Shown here: positions 56,102 to 64,000 of the stretch, one piece after another
Layout of the letters: each line of letters starts with the position of its first letter
How positions within the stretch are numbered: position 1 is the stretch's first letter
Assembly (NCBI RefSeq): GCF_040938485.1
Contig: NW_027270999.1
Coordinates: 1,488,001-1,552,000, forward strand
DNA length: 64,000 nt
From: Diadema antillarum
Lineage: Eukaryota
Reading direction: 5' to 3'
Translations under genes and position numbers: made by a program
The notes under the pieces: model-generated
Database searches by the model: none
Told to the model about the DNA's origin: nothing
What the model saw: the letters and a program-made list of their open reading frames with translations, nothing else

Positions 56102-59100
56102 ATGATGGCGTCTGTTGCTACAGGAAGTTACAAAATCTCCGTAACCGTTTCCATGGTGATTGTTTTGTTATTCTGTTCAAAGGGTAAGTCGTATAAAAAG
56201 AATTCAAGCAATTTCTCTCATAATGATCAGAAATGATAAGACAGTATGAAAGGAGAGTTTCAGTGACGGAGAAAGTCGTGAATACCTGCGACACAGGCTA
56301 GAGATACCTGGTGCTTTAATCCCACTCGTGCTATTTGGTGTCATGACATAGCTAATGATGTTCCTGTAGTCTACTAACTTGAATAGAACCTCACATCACA
56401 GCCAGGCTCAGATCATCCCACGGCGGAACGTTTAGAACTTGGTCTATTCCGGATCTTAATCATGCGCTTTACGGCCCTCATTATCGGTACCTCATTCGCA
56501 CCGATAATAGGGCCGTTTAGTGCATGATTGCCTCAATGAAATTCAAGTGTAGGTGTTCTCCAGAAACATATTTTTGAATTTAAATTAAAGGACAAGTTCA
56601 CCTTCATAAACATAAGGATTGAGAGAATGTAGCAATATTAGTAGAACACATCATTGAAAGTTTGAGGAAAATTGGACAATCCGTTCAAAAGTTATGAATT
56701 TTTGAAGTTTTTGTGCAGTAACCGCTGGATGAGAAGACTACTGCAGTGTGTGAATAACTTAGATGTCACATGCGTACAACAATATAAGGAAAATATAAAG
56801 AGAATTTCACAAAATGTCATCTTTTGCAAAAAGTACACATTCCCTCGACTCATTACCGACAAATGTTATGGGTAATATTATTCCCCCTGCCTTTAGAAAG
56901 AGTCAAGTCAAGTGCTCTTTTATTATGCGAAAAAAGTGAAAATATGTTGAATTTTCTTTATATTTTCTTTATACTGTTGTACGCATATGACTCACAGGCT
57001 GTAGTAGTCTTCTCATCCAGCGGTTCCAACACAAAAATTTTAAAAATTCATAACTTTTGCATCGATTGTCCAATTTTCCTCAAACTTTCACTAATGTGTT
57101 CTACTAATATTGTTGCATTCTCTCAATCCTTATGTTTATGAAGGTGAACTTGTCCTTTAATAGTGATTGTGTACTTTTTCAATCCCAAATTAGGAGGTTG
57201 TCACATTTAATACTAGTTTTGAGTGCACCTATCCATAATAGAATCCTGTGATTTTGTCCTCTGAAAAATAAACCGACAGAAAAAAAAAACCACATCACAT
57301 GCACTAAAAATAAAAGATAAAATCTTTAAATTAGATTCTATTAGAATCCTATAAGAATTAATGGAAAAAAAACTCTTGCACTGTTAGCTGTTTAGATTTT
57401 AGCTAAAAATTGAGTAATGTTCCAATGTTAGGAGAGGGGACAACAACTAATTGTTATAAATCTTGGCATGTCGAGCATTCAGTCTCTTGTCAAAGTTTAT
57501 CATTTTGTACATTTGACATAAATTGATTTTGAATCCGTCAACTGTCAAAACTAATTATCATTTATATTGTATATTGTGTGTAGTTTCCCTCTGTGAGGAT
57601 TCATCTTCAGTGGTTGTAGATGCTCATCTGACACAGAAGGACTTGGATTCCAGCCTGGTTACCCATTTGAACCAGACAAACATATCATCCACATTGCCTG
57701 ATCACAAAGAAGATGTCAGCAAAAAGGACCATGAGGAGACTGGGCCCCAACCCTCTCTCCAACAGTTTCCATCAGACACACTGCTAAATCATCTACAGAA
57801 AAGCATACACTCACCAGTCTGTGTAGTCTTTTCAGAAGCAGGTGATGTAGAGTGCATAATTTTGTGTGCTGCTCATATAGATATTGCTTTGTTGATACAG
57901 TATTCCTGTCAAGTAGACAAACATCTACTTCAAAATAGATCAAGGGAAGTTTGATGTTGTACTGGTATCAGTTGTGACATGAGTCTATCACCTTTATAAT
58001 GTTGAACAGCAATGATCAAATGAAAGTGAAGTGTACACTTTATTACCTTTGCATTCCCCCCCCCCCCCCAAAAAAAAAAAAAGTATAGATGAACTCTAAA
58101 CATTGGTTTGCTTAGTAAGAATATTTCTAATTTGACAGAAGTTTGTGAGCAGTATGCATGCATTATCTGCATCAAGTTGTACTAATCTCATGAAACAATG
58201 CATCTTGTGCAGTGATAGTTTGTCCTTGGACTTTTTAGTTTTTGTACATTTGTTCAGAGCATATGATATCTTTAATGAGACAAAGCATACATACTAATAA
58301 ATGAAGTTAGCAATGAAAATTTTTGCTTATAATTGTCAATAAACATAATAAAACATGTATCTATATTCATGCAATTTTTCTTTTCTCTCTCTCTCTCCTG
58401 GTCTGTGTTGAATTTTGCAGATTCTGTCTTGGAGGAGAAAGTGTCGCAACTTTGGAGCAAGCTATCGACCTATAAACCATTCAGAGCTTGGAAACTTGGA
58501 CTCTACCTGACAAAATATGGGGTGGGTATGAAATTCATGAGCTGGCAGCTACTTGTTCTACATTTAATTCGGTGGCTTCCATATACGGTGCGCCACCTAT
58601 CGGTTGTAGCGGACAGGCCGAAATCCGCAATGCCTTATGGGAAAAAGTTGACATCAAAATGACTCGCATTCTATGCACATGCAGCAGCGCAGCTCAGCTC
58701 AGCTGGCCGCGCCAGGCGGGCGGGCGCCCGGGCTGGTTGGCCTGAAGTTAGGCCCTAACATGAGTAACAGATGACAAAATCAACAAATCACAGAAAAAGC
58801 AAACTTACGCTGCAACACATCCACAGCCAGCAGAATGGACTAAAGCGTCTGTTGTGAGTAGTACCCATGTAGCGTACCGTTCTGCCATTTGACGCTGCTC
58901 AGGCTTCACAGTTGCCTTGATGTAAGTGGTCTGGGTGGTTCTGGATGTGTCCCATATGGACATCTTCAACGTGATTGTCCTTAAACATAAGGTAGCCATC
59001 ATCTTTTTTTGAAGCTTGCTAGCCTTTCTGGGGTCCAATCACATTGATTGATAAGGTAGGCAAACACATCTCCAAGCGACAGATCAGGCATAGACTAGTA

Positions 59101-62100
59101 CTCAGATCCCTAGTCCATCTTACTGGCCTATCGTACAATTACAAGTTCACTTCAGTCCCATCCGCTGATCGTACACACCTTCGTTTCTTTTCCGATTCTA
59201 CGTGGTCACACGGTTCAAGAACATCATATTTATCCCCACACTTCTCCGAAAGCTGAACAAGTTCGTCCTTTGTTTTTCCTCGCGCTGGTATGCCACGATC
59301 ATTCAGGTATTTCTTCAGTTCGTCGACTCTAGTTACCGCGTATACCGATCGCCAGGCGCTAGGCCAGTACAGTTATTGTACAGTAAACAGTGCATTGCGC
59401 ATGCAGCTAGTGTCTGCTGCGCTGCAGCGTAGCTCTAGCTGCATAGCTAGCGCGATGTCGACCCCAAAGTTGAAAATCGGCCTGTCCGCTACAACCGATA
59501 GGTGGCGCACCGTATATGGAATCCACCGAATTGAATTATATTGTGTGTTTGTGTTAAGGGTTCTATTTGCATGATTGGTCACAAAGTATTAAATATTCAA
59601 AGTCTTATGGGTGTCGGTTACTCATGTTCTTGTTTGTTATTTTGCTTTTGCTTTTTCATGAAACAGAAAAGTTGTTTGAAATAGGAAACATCAATTACAA
59701 TGAAACAAATCATTAATTGTTGAATGTACTATGTCTTCACTTTGAATTCTTTGAAGTATTTTTTGAAGAGTTTGTTTGAGTTTGTGATAGCATATTTGAT
59801 AAAGGAGAGACATTTATGTTGAGAGGTAGGCCCCCTATACAAATGAAGTACAGATATCAATTTATATGACTGTATTAAAGGTATTCAGGTCTTGATGCTA
59901 ATATTTTTCTCTGGTGGCCTGTTAGGCTCACTAAAGTCTTTGAAACTGAAACTTTGGTGGCCAAAAAAAGAAATGTATTGGCCCAAAAAACTTAAAGGAA
60001 ACATAACAATCCATTTTGAATTCAAAGTGCTCAATCGGGCCATCAAAAGATAGTCTGTTTGGAAATCCCTATAGCCCGATATCAATTTTTAGTGGCCCTG
60101 GGCCAATGGTCACCACTAGTATCATGTGTGTGTGTGTGTGTGTGAAAGTGAAAGAGTGAGAGAAACAGACAAAGAAGGACATAGAAAGAGAGAGGGGGGG
60201 GGGGGGGATGGGAGAGTGTGTGTGAGTAGTAAGGATATGTCTTAGTTGTACAGAAAGGAGTAGAGATATCCAGTGTGATTAACCCGTTAAGGACGAGTGC
60301 CAAGTATACTCAGCCAAGTGTCTATAGGAAATGCATGTTGTAGCAAAATCAATCCGTCCTCAACGGGTTAAGCAACCTTTCATGAAGTCATTTGTTGTTC
60401 TTTCACAATTGTACTCTGCAGCCTTTAGGAGATTTTGAACTCCCCAAGTTCCTCCCAACTTTGAGATGTTACATCGGAACAGCTGTCCCTGAAGACTACA
60501 CTGGTTCTCCCAAACTGAAGAAGCTCTTGCACTGGTTCAAACATTTGGTGAGATAATAGAAATTAGTTTTGTTCATACATATGTAGCTTGTGCCAGATGG
60601 GGAAAAAAATGGTAAATTTCAGAGTGCAGAGTATGATTTTGCTCTATTGTGATTTAAGTAGAGAAATGCTTTTTAAAATTTCCTTTCTGAAATATTCAAT
60701 TGTTTAAAATGTCATTTTTATGCCTCCGCCACGAATTGGTGCCGGAGGCATTGTGTTTTCGGGTTGTCCGTCCGTCCATCCGTCCGTACGTACGTCCGTA
60801 CGTCTGTCCGTACGTACGTCCGTACGTCTGTTCGTACGTCCGTCCGCATTCGTTTACGCGATAACTTGAGTAATATTGACTGGAATTTTACCAAACTTGG
60901 TCCAAATATAAAGTATGATGGGGCAATTACTTCATTAGATTTTGGGTGAAATCGGCCAAAGGTCAAAGGTCAAGGTCAAATCATTAAATTGTATCTGTTT
61001 ACACGATAACTCAAGACTGGATTCAGCAAATTTCACCAAACTTTGTCGGAGGATGATGTATGATGGGACAATTACTTGATTAGTTTTTGAGTGAAATTGG
61101 ACAGAGGTCAAAGGTCAAAGATCAAGGTCAAATCCTAAAATTTATCTGTTTACGTGATAACTCAAAACTGGATGAAGCAGCTTTCACCAAACTTGGTCCA
61201 AGGATGATGTATGATGGGGCAATTAGGTGAGTAGATTTTAGTGACATTGGCAAGAGGTCAAAGGTCAAAAGGTCAAGGTCAAATGCTAAAAACGTTGATA
61301 TTTCCCCCATATCCATGCAATGCCTGAAGGTATTTTCTTGAAACTTAGTGTAGACATGTACTACTGCATAAAGATTCTCCAGAGAGAGTTTCATGTCATA
61401 AGGTCAAAAGTCAAAAGGTCAAAGGTTAGGTGAATATGTCACAATTTCACTTTTTTCGCAAATGGTTCAATGTATCTTCATGGAACTTGGTACATACGCA
61501 TATACTGACTGGCAGGGATTTTCTAGGGAATGTAGGGGTCATGGGTCAATAGTCAGGGTCAAAGGTCAAGGTCAACTCCTCAAAATTTTACTATTTCCCT
61601 CATATACTATTATGCAATGCTTGCATTATCATTTTTAAAACAAAAGCTTGATATATAGGCCAACATGTATTCCCTAATGGAGATTCTCTGGGAAATTTCC
61701 AGCCAGAAGGTCAAAGGTCAAAGGTTAAGGGTCAAAGGCCAGGTTTAAATGCAAAAAAATATATAGATATATATATATTATACTGTAATTACACTCTTTC
61801 TTCATACCTTGAAAATTACTCAATGCATAAACTTATAAAAGGGTCGGTCAGAAGTTAAGTAAAAGTTCTCAATTCCCCAAATACAGGTACATGCACTCTT
61901 AGACAATAATAGCAAACCTAGTTCAAGGAAAGTGAACATTCAAGATATTTCTGACAAACCTGTCATTTCAATATTTTGTCAGTTTTGTGAAACTGTCATA
62001 ACACATTGTGAAGACAATGTACCATACACCTATTGGGAGAATCATGCATTATGGCGGAGGCATCAGTCGCCATAGCGACATTTCTAGTTCGTTGATATTC

Positions 62101-63929
62101 TTCATGTTGACCATAGGCCTACTTGAGAAAATCAAAATAATGTAACAATTTTGTGATTTAGAAATGCTCTTTTGCCTTTAAAATTAAGGCTATTCACATC
62201 TGATAATTGTACCTTTCTGTCTTGCCATATAGGCCTAACGTTACAGTTTCTGTCAGCATGAAATAAAAACTGAAAATAAAAAATCATACAGTATAAATAG
62301 TGGTTGTACATATTGATTGTGAAGAGACCTCAAAAAATACCATGCTAATCAGAATTCTCCTTGAACACTGCACTAGGCAGATATTGACTGATATGCAGAT
62401 ATCCTTTCCTTGTGGTCATGGGGATGTGTACAGGCTCAGAAGCACCAGAACAGACTGCAGGAAGCCAGTGTCAGTGAGCTCAGAGATGCTGCTGTAGATG
62501 AGAGGCAGCTGACTGTGGTAGCCTTCCCTGGAGAGACCCATCACTATGAAGTGGAGTGGATGCTACTGGAGGTGGGTGTGTCATCTCACTCTCAGAGGGG
62601 AATTCCCTGCCCTCCTCTATTCCTCCCCCATCCCCACCCCACCATACCACCATGGGAACATGTTGTAGAATGAGAGCAGAAATGATGAAAGTAGCAACAT
62701 CATGGAAAATATGCCAAACTGAGACAAATTGAAAAGAAGTTATAATCTCATGTGCATATTGAAATAGGAACTGTCACAATATCATCCCATTTTTGTCCCC
62801 TTTAATGCATTATGACTTACAATTGCTGCAGATGTGATTCTAATCCACAAGATGGTGTGCAACTGAATAGGAATGCTTAAACAGTGTCAACATTTTTTGA
62901 CCAAGTCAAACTTTTCCATTCATTGCTGAATATCAAATTTCTTACTTATGGTCCAGATTTCTTTCTTTTTTCTTAAATTTTCTTTGTTGCTCATGATGTA
63001 CTTTCAGTTAAAGGAAACCTATCCAGAGAACCTTGAGCTGTTTATTGTGCATCCAGGATCCAAGGATGAGGAGTCCCTCAAGCACAGGTTTGGTGTCAGA
63101 GTGGAGCCTGCAATCCTGGTGCTCAGAAAAGGAGGTAGGATTCATGTTCAAATCATGCAATTCTTCCGTCGGGTTGTTTTAGGATTCATGTTGTGATGCC
63201 ATTGTGTATGACTCGGTGATTTGCTCGTAGTAATGTGTTTGTAAGCATACCTTTAACCCTTTCTGTGCCAGGGATTTGAACAGTGTACACTGCTATGGGT
63301 TGCTCTGTGTCAATCTCCACTCAAAGCATACAAGGGGTCAAACAAGGCACCATTACAGAAAGACAACTGCTAACCACAGACACTATTAAACAGAAGACTG
63401 TTTCAGGTATTGGAATGAAGATAATGGATTTTGAAAGATCTTGTAAAGGAAGTCAAGATGGATCCGTGTTGGCTAGTATCAGAGAGAAGTGAACCACTAT
63501 ACGTAGATGTGAATAACTTGTATCTCCTTGTCACTGTTTCATCAATACATTCCACGTGTATCTGTGTGTGCCTCTTTCTTCTGATTGGTTCTATCTTAGA
63601 TTGTGTCTCAAGATATATGTTTATATGAGAGTTTTCTCCTAATCACATTCATATCTCAGCATTTACTGCAAAACAGTTCAGGAAAATTTCCCCAAGTCAA
63701 AAAACACATTAAGCGTACATCTACACAGCCATTTGACGTTGTAGTCCTCAGTTCTGTGTATGGATCTTCTAGGGCTGTAATGGTCCATCTATGATTCATG
63801 AATCTTTCTCCATCTACTTCAGATCAACGTCTCCGTGTCTGGCAAAGGTTTGAGGACTTCCAAGCATCGATACAGTACGTAGAGCCATTTGTACTCGCCC
63901 AAACATCAAAGGCCAAGTCTTTAACTGTG
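56102..63929 (+). CDS. Uncharacterised secretory-pathway protein with tandem non-catalytic thioredoxin-like folds (3'-incomplete)
   Basis: Exons 56102-56183, 57584-57841, 58421-58521, 60422-60547, 62434-62571, 63008-63134, 63823-63929, all GT-AG with compatible phases (1,1,0,0,0,1,0) and no stops. Hydrophobic N-terminus (ISVTVSMVIVLLFCSKVSLC); cis-Pro-like motifs FLPTLRCY...EDYTG and FGVRVEPAILVLR. Fold assignment is by eye. Confidence 0.8.
56589..57156. mobile_element. TTAA-flanked MITE (Kolobok-like), 568 bp
   Basis: TTAA|AGGACAAGTTCACCTTCATAAACA ... TGTTTATGAAGGTGAACTTGTCCT|TTAA. Confidence 0.85.
58570..59528. mobile_element. 959-bp DNA transposon deletion derivative, 52-bp TIRs, AATT flanks
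   Basis: TIRs 58570-58621 and 59477-59528 with one mismatch; AATT on both sides; CpG-rich. Confidence 0.9.
58809..59330 (-). pseudogene. Decayed transposon-borne ORF: SAP domain followed by SWIM zinc-finger N-terminal half
   Basis: RVDELKKYLNDRGIPARGKTKDELVQL (SAP-like), then WTRDLS..PDLSLGDVFAYL..WTPERLASFKKDDGYLMFKDNHVEDV..YIKATVKPEQRQ..YATWVLL..VHSAGCGCVA ending at a GTAAGT donor; one in-frame stop and three frameshifts needed. Confidence 0.75.
60284..60368. mobile_element. ~85-bp piggyBac-like MITE
   Basis: TTAA|CCCGTTAAGGACG ... CGTCCTCAACGGG|TTAA; related inverted copy ending at 35269. Confidence 0.7.
60716..62089 (+). mobile_element. HINE family A, second (longer) copy
   Basis: Same subTIRs, 5' hairpin, (GTCC/GTAC)n and 3' stem-loop GTCGCCATAGCGAC as 2253-3276; extra internal repeat units. 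Confidence 0.82.
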
Positions 63930-64000
63930 GTGAGTATTTCAATTTTCACTGCTGTAAGGAGTTAAGGAAATGCTAGCAATGTTACATGTGATGTCATGGT

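Noticed and set aside
60718-60966. ORFs with VRTYVRT/SVRP repeats (also 2259-2598)
   Set aside because: Translations of the (GTCC/GTAC)n microsatellite of HINE elements.
62399-62407. U12-type donor consensus ATATCCTTT
   Set aside because: No partner branch point/AC at a plausible distance, no upstream exon in frame, and the same 9-mer also occurs at ~17257 and ~36089 in this AT-rich window.

Overview
Eukaryotic (animal) genomic DNA, AT-rich, intron-rich and dense in non-autonomous DNA transposons; repeat style and intron sizes suggest a marine invertebrate such as a sea urchin (inference only). Five spliced protein-coding genes were reconstructed by hand from splice sites and reading-frame phase: IFT25/HSPB11 (-, 4996-10858, exon 2 mostly hidden in the N gap), HYI (+, 11183-19459, 8 exons, one GC-AG intron), DBT (+, 27303-44990, 11 exons), SREK1IP1 (-, 52657-55962, 4 coding exons) and an unrecognised signal-peptide protein with at least two CXXC-less thioredoxin-like folds (+, 56102 to beyond the window end). 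Two gene pairs are head-to-head, with only 324 bp and 139 bp between start codons. The window starts with the 5' end of a Ty3/gypsy-type LTR retrotransposon (tRNA-Leu PBS, open gag-like ORF). Introns hold several Helentron-type (HINE/DINE-like) families rich in AGGTCA direct repeats, TTAA-flanked and TA-flanked MITEs, a MITE family with 7-bp TSDs, two TIR-plus-hairpin elements and a 52-bp-TIR element carrying a decayed SAP+SWIM gene. No CRISPR array, rRNA or intact tRNA gene was seen. All homology calls are from remembered family motifs; no database search was run.
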